Positions 39,514 through 49,094 of a DNA stretch of 64,000 bases are shown one piece after another. Every line of letters begins with the position of its first letter. Positions within the stretch are counted from its first letter, which is position 1. The stretch spans positions 352,660-416,659 of the forward strand of contig JAXHNJ010000002.1 in the NCBI GenBank assembly GCA_034520665.1, in the 5' to 3' direction. The notes beneath the pieces are model-generated. The model saw only the letters and a list, made by a program, of their open reading frames with translations. It was not told where the DNA came from and did not search any database. This DNA is from Patescibacteria group bacterium. Lineage in GTDB: Bacteria; Patescibacteriota; Patescibacteriia; JAXHNJ01. Position numbers and translations under genes: made by a program.

Positions 39514-40250
39514 AAGTGACGATTGTAGTTATAAAATTTGGCTATATGCGGGAAACCCTCCTTCATTTGAAGTACTCGCCTTTTACTAAAAGGCAGTAAC
39601 AATCTTCAAAGGACATAATTGTCAGGAGGCAATCCGCAGGAAAGACTCTTGGTAAGAAAGGATTAAACTATGGTAAAAAATAAATGGTTAAAAAATGTAC
39701 CAATAAATATTGGTAATTATATTGCTGGATTTGTAGACGGTGAAGGAAGCTTCAATGTTTCATTAAGAAAAAGAAAAGATCATAAAATGAAATGGCAAGT
39801 TGTATTAACCTTTAATGTATCTCAAAAAGAAAGAGCTATATTGTCTTTACTTAAACGTTATTTAAGTTGTGGCAGACTACAAACTAGAAAAGATGGAGTA
39901 TCTTATTATGTAGTTTCAAATCCATTATCTATTAAAGAAAAAATTATTCCTTTTTTTAGTAGATTTCCCTTCTTATCACAAAGAAAAAGAAGAAACTTCT
40001 CAATTTTTAAAAGAATTACTAATTTAGTCATTAAAAAGGAGCACTTAAATAGCTCGGGACTAGAAAAAATAATTCAACTCAGAGAAAAATTAAATCCCGG
40101 ACGTGGAAGAAAAAGAAAATATTCATTAAAAGACTATAAACAAAACCAAGAGAATCCTCAGAGACTATACGCCAAACCGCGATCTTTTCGTAAAGAAAAA
40201 AGCGGATGAGATAGTCCGATCTCATAGGTAACTATGAGCTAACAATAAAG
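39514..40250 (+). mobile_element. Group I intron at 23S position about 1917 (E. coli numbering)
   Basis: Exon ...GATAACTAT | intron ending in G | AATCGTCCTAAGG restores helix 69; IGS GACGATTGTAGTTAT; core motifs GCGGGAAA, AATCCGCAGG, TCAGAGACTATA, GATAGTCC. Confidence 0.92.
39670..40209 (+). CDS. Single-motif LAGLIDADG homing endonuclease (intron 1)
   Basis: YIAGFVDGEGSF; F.VSQ; IIPFF..FP; 3' end overlaps the intron core. Confidence 0.93.
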   Translation: MVKNKWLKNVPINIGNYIAGFVDGEGSFNVSLRKRKDHKMKWQVVLTFNVSQKERAILSLLKRYLSCGRLQTRKDGVSYYVVSNPLSIKEKIIPFFSRFPFLSQRKRRNFSIFKRITNLVIKKEHLNSSGLEKIIQLREKLNPGRGRKRKYSLKDYKQNQENPQRLYAKPRSFRKEKSG

Positions 40251-40254
40251 AATC

Positions 40255-40317
<63 letters not shown>

Positions 40318-40826
40318 GAGAACTCTCTCAACGAGGGACTCGGTGAAATTGCATTACGAGTAAAGATGCTCGTTACCCACGGCCGGACGAAAAGACCCCG
40401 TGAAGCTTTACTACAACTTGGCATTGAGTTAAGTTTGTGTTTGCTCAGTATAGGTGGGAGACTTTGAAGTCCCAATTTCGGTTGGGACTGAGTCGCCATG
40501 TGAAATACCACCCTAACGTAAATTTAGTTCTAATTTTTGACCATGAAACTGGTCAGGAAAACAGTGTCTGGTGGGTAGTTTGACTGGGGCGGTCGCCTCC
40601 CAAATTGTAACGGAGGCGCTTACAAAGGTTGGCTAGGCTGGGATGGAAATCCAGCCGATAGTGTAAAGGCATAAGCCAGCTTTACTGCAAGACCTACAAG
40701 TCGCGCAGTTACGAAAGTAGAACTTAGTGATCCGACTCTCGATTATAGGATCGGAGAAGCTCATCGGATAAAAGTTACTCCGGGGATAACAGGCTTATCG
40801 GTTCCAAGAGTTCATATCGACGAACC

Positions 40827-40867
<41 letters not shown>

Positions 40868-40898
40868 AAGAAGCTCCCAAGGGTTTGGCTGTTCGCCA

Positions 40899-40942
<44 letters not shown>

Positions 40943-41765
40943 AAAATATAAATAACGTTCTGTCTCTTTTCGTCCATAAAATTAAAATGATCGTGCTGTC
41001 TATAAATCTGGCTATATGCTGGAAACTCTGGCATCCTCAAATAAGGAGAATAGAGGATTGAAGAATCTCACACTACGTGTTATAATATACGTGAAAATGT
41101 GTTGAGTGCAGACAACCAGCAGGGAAGATTTATAGGGAAAAATATGTTAAATCCAAATTACATTTCTGGCTTTGTAGATGGAGAAGGCAGTTTTCATGTC
41201 GCCATTTACAAAGATAATCGTATGAAACATAATATAAAAATAATACCGGAATTTCATATTAGTCAACGAAAAGATAGTAAAATGATTCTGGAAAAAATAA
41301 AAGATTATCTTCAATGTGGTTATATCAAGAAAAATCATGCTAAAAATAAAAATGATTTGACATATGTTTATGTAGTTAGAAATCGAAAAGACCTTCTAGA
41401 AAAAATAATTCCTTTCTTTGAAAAATACACACTAAAAACAGTGAAGAAAAAAGACTATAACATATTCGCTAAAATAGTAGAACTTATGAATAATAATAGA
41501 CACAGTAAAAAAAGTGGACTTAGAAAAATTATTAAACTTTCTTACTCTATGAATAGAAAAGGTAAATACAGAAGATCAAAAATCTCCCTATAAAAACCCT
41601 CAGAGACTATACGCCGGACTCCAACTATAAAATGGAGAAGATATAGTCCGAACTCTATGGCGACATAGAGAGATAAGTAGAAATAACTTATCCCGTAACC
41701 ATAAACCCATTTTTGAAATTTGAATTTTGGAATTTGGAGTTTGTTGTTACGTAGTAACAATTCTG
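40943..41765 (+). mobile_element. Group I intron at 23S position about 2604 (E. coli numbering)
   Basis: Exon GTGAGACAGT | intron ending in G | TCGGTCTCCTATCC; IGS GATCGTGCTGTCT; core GCTGGAAA, AACCAGCAGG, TCAGAGACTATA, AAGATATAGTCC. Confidence 0.9.
41144..41593 (+). CDS. Single-motif LAGLIDADG homing endonuclease (intron 2)
   Basis: YISGFVDGEGSF, F.ISQ, IIPFF.KY.L.T.K; probable ATG at 41144. Confidence 0.93.
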   Translation: MLNPNYISGFVDGEGSFHVAIYKDNRMKHNIKIIPEFHISQRKDSKMILEKIKDYLQCGYIKKNHAKNKNDLTYVYVVRNRKDLLEKIIPFFEKYTLKTVKKKDYNIFAKIVELMNNNRHSKKSGLRKIIKLSYSMNRKGKYRRSKISL

Positions 41766-42210
41766 TCGGTCTCCTATCCGCCGTGGGCGTTTAGAAACTT
41801 GAGAAGATTCTTCCCTAGTACGAGAGGACCGGGAAGAACGAACCTCTAGTCTATGAGCTGTTCCGCCAGGAGCATAGTTCAGTAGCTACGTTCGGAAAGG
41901 ATAAACGCTGAAAGCATATAAGCGTGAAGCCTCCTTCAAGATTAGGTTTCCTTATTTAGTCTCCTTCAAGATAAGAAGGTTAATAGGTGGCCGGTGTAAG
42001 ATCCGTAAGGATTTGAGCCAAGCCATACTAACAGACAATTATTCCTGATTTACTCACTTAAAAATTATGAATTCATTAAAAAATAAATGAAAAAATACAA
42101 AGCCACTTTGAAATTACTCTTAATCTTTATTGTTTTAACCATTTTTTTAGAAATACTACTTTATTTTTCTCCAGCCACTATAGCGGCTAATTAAAATTAA
42201 GAGAGGTAGT

Positions 42211-42330
42211 ATCCTGGTGATACTAGCGACTGTGTTACACCCCTTTCCATTCCGAACAGGGCCGTTAAGACAGTCAGCGCCGATGATACTTGGGGTTTAT
42301 CCCTGAGGGAAAGTAGGTCATCGCCAGGAT
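42211..42330 (+). rRNA. rrf: 5S rRNA
   Basis: TCCTGG...CCAGGA helix I, CCATTCCGAAC, GCGCCGATGATACT, AGTAGGTCATCGCCAG. Confidence 0.93.
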
Positions 42331-42397
42331 ATTGCCTCTCTTTTTTTATTGGTAAAAATTTAGAATAACTAATACATCAAATAATTAAATAGAAATA

Positions 42398-42468
42398 GCC
42401 TGTCCTGAGCGAGTCCGAGCTTGCCGAGGACGAGTCGAAGGACCAGGATATTGTCTCTCTTTTTTTAT
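42398..42468. repeat. REP-like element followed by a second copy of the 5S 3' end and trailer
   Basis: GCCTGTCCTGAGCGA...GAGTCGAAGG (same family as 11495-11534), then CCAGGATATTG.CTCTCTTTTTTTA repeating 42324-42349. Confidence 0.75.
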
Positions 42469-42551
42469 ACTGAAAAATGGCTAAATCTTAAATTATTGCA
42501 AGAAATAATAAAACTCGGATTTTTATCCAAGTTTAATTTTTATCAGTAATT

Positions 42552-42935
42552 TTATTTCCTCTTAAACTCTTTTTTTAAATAATCAGTAATAATATAAATG
42601 ACTACTACCGCTCCAGTTATAGTTGGTAATTCTTTTGGTATTAAATAATCATTGGCCTGGCCAAAAAATAAATAATGGCCAACAATTAAAACTAAAGTTA
42701 ATATCCAAAGGAATACAAAAATCTCTCCCCGGCGAACACCAGTAAGCCCGCCCTTCCATCTCCTAATTTCTTTATCGGAGGCATAAAAAGTAAGTACTAT
42801 TATATAAATAGTACTTAAAATTGTCGGCAAACAATATCTTCCGCGGCTAACAAATTCAGTCATCAGCCAAAGCCAAATAAATATAGTAAAAACATCCAAT
42901 AATACTAAAAATATTTTTTGTTTTTGGTTTTTCAT
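42552..42935 (-). CDS. Small four-TM hypothetical membrane protein
   Basis: Hydrophobic segments; KEIRRW and RRGE.FV..W. Confidence 0.7.
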   Translation of the reverse strand: MKNQKQKIFLVLLDVFTIFIWLWLMTEFVSRGRYCLPTILSTIYIIVLTFYASDKEIRRWKGGLTGVRRGEIFVFLWILTLVLIVGHYLFFGQANDYLIPKELPTITGAVVVIYIITDYLKKEFKRK

Positions 42936-43024
42936 ATTAAATTTATTATACTATATTTTTTATTAATAAACTATATAAAAGTATTTAGGCTAATATTAGC
43001 CTTTTTTTTATCCACAATTAGCTG

Positions 43025-43072
43025 TTGACTAAATGTTAATAATTTCATACAATGTATGATAAAGTATGATAA
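43025..43072 (+). promoter_or_regulatory. Promoter with overlapping GTATGA palindrome and repeat (putative RHH operator)
   Basis: TTGACT-17-TACAAT; TCATAC-aat-GTATGA at 43045-43059 and a further GTATGA at 43064-43069. Confidence 0.65.
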
Positions 43073-43083
43073 TATAAATTATT

Positions 43084-43920
43084 ATGGATCGAAAAAGACT
43101 GACCATTACTCTTAAAAAAGATCTCTTGCCTAAAGTTGATAAGGTAATTGACGGCGCCAGAATCAGAAATCGTTCACATGCTATTGAATATCTTTTGTCT
43201 CAAACCCTCTCCCCTAAAATAAAAAAAGCGGTTATCTTAGCTGGCGGACGCGGTATTAAAATGCGCCCTTTTACTTATGAAATGCCAAAAACCTTAATTC
43301 CAGTTAAAGATAAACCGATTTTGGAATATACCATAGAACTTTTAAAAGAAAATCATATTAGGGAAATACAAATTGTTATTGGTTATCTAGGAGATAAAAT
43401 CAAATCTCATTTTGGCGATGGCTCCAGGTTCGGGGTAAAGATTAGCTACGCTGAAGAAAAAAAAGAAAACGGGACGGCCGCCGCTCTCTTAAAAGCCAAA
43501 GATTTTATCAGCCAAAAACCTTTTGTCCTTATTTACGGTGATACCTTAATTGATATTGACTTAACCGATATAATTGATTTTCATTTGACTCATGACGGAT
43601 TAGCCACTATGGCTTTGACTTCTTATGATAAACCCTATGAATTCGGCGTGGTCCGGCTTCATGGGAACCGCATTGTAAAATTTACGGAAAAACCAGAAAA
43701 AGGTAAAAGAATTTCTCATTTAATTAACGCCGGACTTTTTGTTTGTCAGCCGGAGATATTAAATTACATTCCCAAAAAAGGCAAAAGTATGCTGGAAAAA
43801 GATGTTTTTCCCAAATTGGTGGAAGAAAATAAACTTTATGGCTACCCCTTTGAAGGCCAGTGGTTTGATGTCTCTACGCCAGAGGTTTATGAAGAAGTTT
43901 TGAAGGAGTGGCAACAATAA
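43084..43920 (+). CDS. Ribbon-helix-helix (NikR-like) domain fused to a sugar-phosphate nucleotidyltransferase
   Basis: RLTITL..DLL..VD.......NRS.AI..LL, then ILAGGRG.KM.P.T..MPK, GTA, YGD, F.EKP, INAG. Confidence 0.88.
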   Translation: MDRKRLTITLKKDLLPKVDKVIDGARIRNRSHAIEYLLSQTLSPKIKKAVILAGGRGIKMRPFTYEMPKTLIPVKDKPILEYTIELLKENHIREIQIVIGYLGDKIKSHFGDGSRFGVKISYAEEKKENGTAAALLKAKDFISQKPFVLIYGDTLIDIDLTDIIDFHLTHDGLATMALTSYDKPYEFGVVRLHGNRIVKFTEKPEKGKRISHLINAGLFVCQPEILNYIPKKGKSMLEKDVFPKLVEENKLYGYPFEGQWFDVSTPEVYEEVLKEWQQ

Positions 43921-44023
43921 TAAGGAAAAATATGTTTTCAATTGAATTTATTGAAAATGTATAAGTTCCTTTTACTATTTTGCATCAAAACACAAATTAC
44001 CAAAAAAAACCGGAGGTCAAAAA

Positions 44024-45019
44024 ATGACTAAGAAAAAGGAAAACAGTTTTTTCGGAGAAATTCGTGAAAACATGGAGCTTAAAATTCTGGGAATCCCCTA
44101 CATTGTGCAGCGCACTTTTCTTGATTCTCACAACAGCTACGTGCTTCAGGCTAAGCATCCCGACGGTACTTCTGAAGTGCTCAAGATTTATTTCGAGAAA
44201 AGAAAGCTGACCAAAAGACAAGCGACTATTTTTGTCGGTCATGTTCTTACTTACTGCGACAAACTTCGGGATCTGAAAGTATGCCTCCCTCCTGACAAAG
44301 GTATTGTTCTTCTCCCGATTAACGGTCGCCTGGCTGTTATCCATATCAGCCCATTTATGGGAGAAAGCCTGGAAAGAAACATCCGTTTTGCTAAATCCGA
44401 AGAGGATATTATCCGTAATATGGATATTACCTTTACTTGCTTAGGCAATCTCATGAAAAACGGCCGCAGCGACCGGATGTCTGTCGGTATTGACCTCATT
44501 CCCAGAAATTTCGTCAGTCATGACGGAGAAAAAGCCATTTACGTTGATCTGGTTCCGCCTAAGATAAAGGTGGGGTCTAAATACTTACTGGAAATTCCAG
44601 AACCGAAAGATCCTTTGACTCATAAAATAGGCATTTTCCGCCATTATTCAAAACTGGGCGTTATGATCGTCTTTCTGGTTCAGCTTTGCCGACTTAAACC
44701 GCAGTATTACGAAGTCTACGAAGACGAAATTATCAAGTATTTGGAAAAAATGAAACTTTCCAAAACTGCTGATAAATTCAGAAAACGTCTGGTTAAAACT
44801 TCAATTACAGGTACTACAGCTGATGTTCCTGTTATCAAAAATCTCGAATTTGCCGATATTTATGACCTCAGGGAAATTGCCTGTTATTACTGCTACAAAG
44901 ATCTGATGACTAGAGAAGAGCTCAGATATTTCTTCTCTGATTCCCACTTTCAGGACAAACCCCTGACAAAAAAAGTGGTGAATGAATTAAAAAACCGGCT
45001 GATCAAAGCCGTTTCCTAG
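44024..45019 (+). CDS. Hypothetical protein, possible kinase-like fold
   Basis: VLKIY, IDLIPRNF (catalytic-loop-like D..P.N) and IYVDL; GGAGG SD; own terminator. Confidence 0.5.
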   Translation: MTKKKENSFFGEIRENMELKILGIPYIVQRTFLDSHNSYVLQAKHPDGTSEVLKIYFEKRKLTKRQATIFVGHVLTYCDKLRDLKVCLPPDKGIVLLPINGRLAVIHISPFMGESLERNIRFAKSEEDIIRNMDITFTCLGNLMKNGRSDRMSVGIDLIPRNFVSHDGEKAIYVDLVPPKIKVGSKYLLEIPEPKDPLTHKIGIFRHYSKLGVMIVFLVQLCRLKPQYYEVYEDEIIKYLEKMKLSKTADKFRKRLVKTSITGTTADVPVIKNLEFADIYDLREIACYYCYKDLMTREELRYFFSDSHFQDKPLTKKVVNELKNRLIKAVS

Positions 45020-45036
45020 TTCTTTTACTTTATCCC

Positions 45037-45064
45037 GGCGCTTCGCTTGCGAAGCGCCTTTTTT
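45037..45064. terminator. Intrinsic terminator
   Basis: GGCGCTTCGC-TT-GCGAAGCGCC followed by a T-run. Confidence 0.75.
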
Positions 45065-45079
45065 ATTTAAATAAAAATT

Positions 45080-46237
45080 CTAATATTTAACTACTCTTTG
45101 CATCAGTTTATAATAAGACTGGTGTTTTTCTTTAAATCGACCCAGAATTGGCTCCATATAATCAAGATATTTCTTTTTAACCTGGCATTTCTCAAAATCA
45201 AAATATGTTTTATCTAAAACTTTTTCCTCATCAACAGCTTTATTCAATGGAATGTCAGATATTTGTATAGCGTCAGGCTTTTTGGTCCTTTCAATCCGGG
45301 CCATCCGCCCAAATTTATCCTCTTTTAACATATGAACCGAGTAATGACCTAAAGAACAAGCGGTGGTGGCATCAATTTTAATGGGCGAGCCAGTTTGCAT
45401 AAAATTACCCGGAAAAAGAGCTTTGCAGCTGATATTTAATTCTTCTTTTACTTTTTGCATTAGTCCTAAGGCGATAAAATTTTTTCTTTTTACTTTAAAA
45501 GTGTCACATTGATTTTGATCAAAGGCTTTTAATTTATCAAACTTGGCTTCTTCAGAGAGTACTACTGTGGCAAAATTACCATTCTCTTTATATTTTTTTT
45601 CTATTAAAAACAGAACTTTCTTTAGTTTTACCTTTTTTTCCGGCGGGATTATCACGTCAGCAGATCCATAAGCGCCGGAAGCAGCCAACCAGCCTGACTG
45701 ACAGCCTAAAACTTCAATAATAAAAACCCGGGAAAGAGTATAAGCGGCGTCAATTTTTATTTCTTCGCAAAAATTAGCTGTATGGTAAGCCGCACTAGGA
45801 AATCCGGGTGACCAATAAGTGCCTTGTAAATCATTATCTATAGTTTTGGGAATACCAACAATCTTAACCTTGCTTTTTTTAAATAATTGATTAGCCGCAC
45901 CCAGGGTATCATCTCCTCCGATAGCAATGACATAGTCAGCCTTATATTGTTTTAATTTATCCAAGACTACTTCCAGTCCCCCGCTTTCACACATGGGATT
46001 GGTCCGGCTGGAGCGCAAAAAAGTGCCGCCAATATCTTTAAGGGGTTTAGGATTAAAGGCCGTTAAATTTATGGACTTACCCTTCTCGGTTAAACAAGCC
46101 CAGCCATAAAGTCCGCCCAGAATTTTCATTTTTTGCCTTTGAGCTTCCCGGATTACTCCATAAAGAGTAGGATTAAGAGCTGGAGCCAACCCCCCGCCTG
46201 TGAAAACCAATAGTTTTTTACCTTTTAAATTATTCAT
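45080..46237 (-). CDS. pfkA: 6-phosphofructokinase (PfkA family, probably PPi-dependent)
   Basis: TGGG.APALN, GGT.L.SSRTNP, GGDDT and PKTIDND (D/K signature of PPi-dependent enzymes). Confidence 0.87.
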   Translation of the reverse strand: MNNLKGKKLLVFTGGGLAPALNPTLYGVIREAQRQKMKILGGLYGWACLTEKGKSINLTAFNPKPLKDIGGTFLRSSRTNPMCESGGLEVVLDKLKQYKADYVIAIGGDDTLGAANQLFKKSKVKIVGIPKTIDNDLQGTYWSPGFPSAAYHTANFCEEIKIDAAYTLSRVFIIEVLGCQSGWLAASGAYGSADVIIPPEKKVKLKKVLFLIEKKYKENGNFATVVLSEEAKFDKLKAFDQNQCDTFKVKRKNFIALGLMQKVKEELNISCKALFPGNFMQTGSPIKIDATTACSLGHYSVHMLKEDKFGRMARIERTKKPDAIQISDIPLNKAVDEEKVLDKTYFDFEKCQVKKKYLDYMEPILGRFKEKHQSYYKLMQRVVKY

Positions 46238-46382
46238 AGATAATTGTCATTATTTTATCATTTCTGCCTGACCTTGGCAATATTTATTTCCTACTTTAAT
46301 AATCATTTTGACATAAATATAATAGTATTATAACCTATTCAATAAATAAAGCTCTTTTCACTTTAAAATAATGGAGGTAAAA

Positions 46383-47360
46383 ATGAAGACGGCACGTGAA
46401 TTTCTGGGTATTCCAGATAACCAAAGTTACGAAGTTCTATTGGCTCCCTCAGTTTGTATCGAAGAAACCAAGCAAGGTCCGATCAGTGGCAAATTTTCCA
46501 AAATCCCGGTCACTCTTAAAAGAAGGGTTTCCGGCACTTCCCTTAACATTGCCCTGGCTTTAACCCGGGTCTTTGAAAAAAGTGTTAAGCTTTTAGGCTG
46601 TGTCTCAGACAATGCCTATGAGCCACATAATGCTTATCTGCAAACACATGTTTCAAATCTGGGCCTTGACTTTCATCCTTTACCGGTTTACAACGACACA
46701 TCTGTGGCTACTCTAATTATTGATACCGGTCCGGAAAAAAGTGAAGATAATCTAATGCTCTCCACTAAAGGGAAATTAATTAAACCAGAAATAGCTGCTA
46801 AAGAAATTAGAAAGCAGATTCAACTTTGCCGGCCTGATATTATTATGGCTACCGGAGTCACGGATAATGACTATCCGATGGTCAAGGTTCTTTTTGAAAA
46901 AGAAGAATCATTCCGTATTCTCAATCCCCGTCCTGAGCTGCTTAGACAAATCTCTCTTGATAAAATTAAAGGCATTGACCTTTTAATTATCAATCACGAG
47001 GAGCTTTCCGGCTGTTTAGGCCAGGAAATAAAAGCCAATGAAATTAAGCCAAAAGATGTCCTACCCTGTCATAACTTAGGCATTCCCTTCATTATTGTTA
47101 CTTTAAACCACCACGGCATGATTTTTTCCGGTTCTGAATTAAACTTTTTCAGACCAGCTATTAATCTGGGTCAAGCTATCAGCTCTACCGGTACTGGTGA
47201 CGCTTTTACCAGCGCGTTTATCGCTGCTGTGCTTGAAGGACTGGACCTGGAAACATGTCTTTTATGGGCCCGAGTTTTTGCCGGCCTAAAAGTGATTCGT
47301 ACTGGCGGCTCTAATATTCCAACCGCTAAAGAATTCCGAGTCGCTCTTGAAAAAATTTAA
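46383..47360 (+). CDS. PfkB/ribokinase-family carbohydrate kinase
   Basis: SG.S.N.A.AL, LNP, N.EE, STGTGDAF; GGAGGT SD before ATG 46383; TTGACA-17-TAACCT promoter. Confidence 0.85.
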   Translation: MKTAREFLGIPDNQSYEVLLAPSVCIEETKQGPISGKFSKIPVTLKRRVSGTSLNIALALTRVFEKSVKLLGCVSDNAYEPHNAYLQTHVSNLGLDFHPLPVYNDTSVATLIIDTGPEKSEDNLMLSTKGKLIKPEIAAKEIRKQIQLCRPDIIMATGVTDNDYPMVKVLFEKEESFRILNPRPELLRQISLDKIKGIDLLIINHEELSGCLGQEIKANEIKPKDVLPCHNLGIPFIIVTLNHHGMIFSGSELNFFRPAINLGQAISSTGTGDAFTSAFIAAVLEGLDLETCLLWARVFAGLKVIRTGGSNIPTAKEFRVALEKI

Positions 47361-47365
47361 AGTTG

Positions 47366-47407
47366 TAAATTTAATCGCCGCACAAATCTTTCTGTGCGGC
47401 TTTTTTT
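47366..47407 (+). terminator. Intrinsic terminator, copy 1 of a duplicated 42-bp element
   Basis: GTAAATTTAATCGCCGCACAAATCTTTCTGTGCGGCTTTTTT. Confidence 0.8.
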
Positions 47408-47471
47408 ATTAATTGACAAAAAAACAAATTTAACCTATATTACCATAAATGAATTTAAATATTTTTTTATA

Positions 47472-48215
47472 ATGAAAACTTTCCAAATTGTTCTTCTAGC
47501 CGCTGGAAAAGGTAAAAGAATGAAAAGCAAAAATACACCAAAAGTCCTTTTCCCCTTAAAAGATAAGCCCCTTATAAAATATATACTTAGAGAAATAAAA
47601 AAATCAGGAATATGTCAAAAACCGGTTATTATTGTTGGTTATAAAAGTCAAATGGTAAAAAAAGTCCTGGGCAAAAATTACACTTACGTTTTACAAAAAA
47701 AACAACTGGGCACTGGGCACGCTGTCAACTGTGCTAGAAATTTTTTAGAAAATAAAGCAAAGAACATTCTTATACTCTACGGCGATAAACCTTGCATAAA
47801 AGCTGATAGTATATTAAAAATTATAAATCGCCATATAAAAAATAATAATATTCTGACCATGGCTACGATTAAAATCCCCGATTATAAAAATTGGCGTGTT
47901 GATTTTAAAAGTTTTGGGCGTGTAATTCGTAATAATAAGGGAGAAATTGAGAAAATTGTCGAAAAAAAAGAAGCCACTCCGCAAGAACTTAAAATAAAAG
48001 AGGTGTCACCTAGTATTTTCTGTTTTAAGGCTAACTGGCTTTGGGATAATATCCCAAAAATTAAGTTAAGCCCTCAAAATGAATATTATCTGACTGATTT
48101 AATTCAGATTATTAAAAAACAAAAAAATAAAATAGATTATGTTAATATTGATCCGATAGAAGGTCTGGGTATTAACAGTCAAAAACAACTAAAAATAGTT
48201 TCTCAATTTATTTAA
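47472..48215 (+). CDS. GlmU-like uridylyltransferase, N-terminal domain only
   Basis: LAAGKGKRMKS..PKVL, QLGTGHA, YGD.P, GR..R, IVEKK, EYYLTD, GIN; no hexapeptide acetyltransferase domain; TTGACA-17-TATATT upstream. Confidence 0.85.
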   Translation: MKTFQIVLLAAGKGKRMKSKNTPKVLFPLKDKPLIKYILREIKKSGICQKPVIIVGYKSQMVKKVLGKNYTYVLQKKQLGTGHAVNCARNFLENKAKNILILYGDKPCIKADSILKIINRHIKNNNILTMATIKIPDYKNWRVDFKSFGRVIRNNKGEIEKIVEKKEATPQELKIKEVSPSIFCFKANWLWDNIPKIKLSPQNEYYLTDLIQIIKKQKNKIDYVNIDPIEGLGINSQKQLKIVSQFI

Positions 48216-48257
48216 ATAATTCGATCTTTAAAAAATTATTTTGTTTCTGAGGAGGTA

Positions 48258-49094
48258 ATGATGTTTTCAAAAACAGCAGTAATGTTTACGGCCTTTAACG
48301 ATGGCGAAACTATTGGTGATTTGATTAAAAAAGTGATAGAAATTACCAAAGAGAAATCTGACATTTGGGTGATTAATGACGGGTCGAAAGATAACACTTC
48401 AAAAATAGCTAAAAAACTAGACTGCTGTTTAGTGGATCTTCCTGAAAATCAGGGAGTCGGGTCAGCTTATAAGGCTGGTTTTTCTGAAATTATTAAGAAA
48501 GGAGAAAAGTATAAATACGTTATTAAAATTGATGCTGATGGTCAGCATCAACCGAAATTTATACCAAAAATCATTAGAAATCTAGAAAATGGATTTCAGC
48601 TGGTGGTTTGCTCCCGCTTTCATGAGCGTTCCTGCCAAAACAGCACTCCTAAAGACAGAAGTTTTTTAAACTGGCTTTACGCCCGTGAATTAAGCCAGAT
48701 AATAGGAAGCCGTGTAACAGACGCCCGTTCCGGATTTTTCGGTATTACTCTACCGGTTCTTAAAAAAATTACTCCTAAACTGATCACACCCGGATACGGT
48801 ATTCCTATGGAAGTTTTACTTCGCACCTGGCAGTTTATAAAGGAGGTAAAAAAGTGGCCAAATTCTTGGCGAGAAGAGATAATTCACCCGGCTATCTATG
48901 ATTATGCTATTCATAAGAATACCCGTCGCCATAAGATGTACCAAAGCGAAGAATGGCATCATAAAATTGAAAGATTTTTAACCGCTTATACCGCCCTGGT
49001 AACAGTACTTTATGATATGGGTTTTAACACCCATGAAATTACCCAAAGGATCTCAAAACAACTGGCTGAACACACCGAATACCTTATTGGGTAA
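48258..49094 (+). CDS. Glycosyltransferase family 2
   Basis: INDGSKDNT, N.GVG.A, DADGQH, SRF, TDARSGF; GAGGAGGT SD. Confidence 0.85.
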   Translation: MMFSKTAVMFTAFNDGETIGDLIKKVIEITKEKSDIWVINDGSKDNTSKIAKKLDCCLVDLPENQGVGSAYKAGFSEIIKKGEKYKYVIKIDADGQHQPKFIPKIIRNLENGFQLVVCSRFHERSCQNSTPKDRSFLNWLYARELSQIIGSRVTDARSGFFGITLPVLKKITPKLITPGYGIPMEVLLRTWQFIKEVKKWPNSWREEIIHPAIYDYAIHKNTRRHKMYQSEEWHHKIERFLTAYTALVTVLYDMGFNTHEITQRISKQLAEHTEYLIG

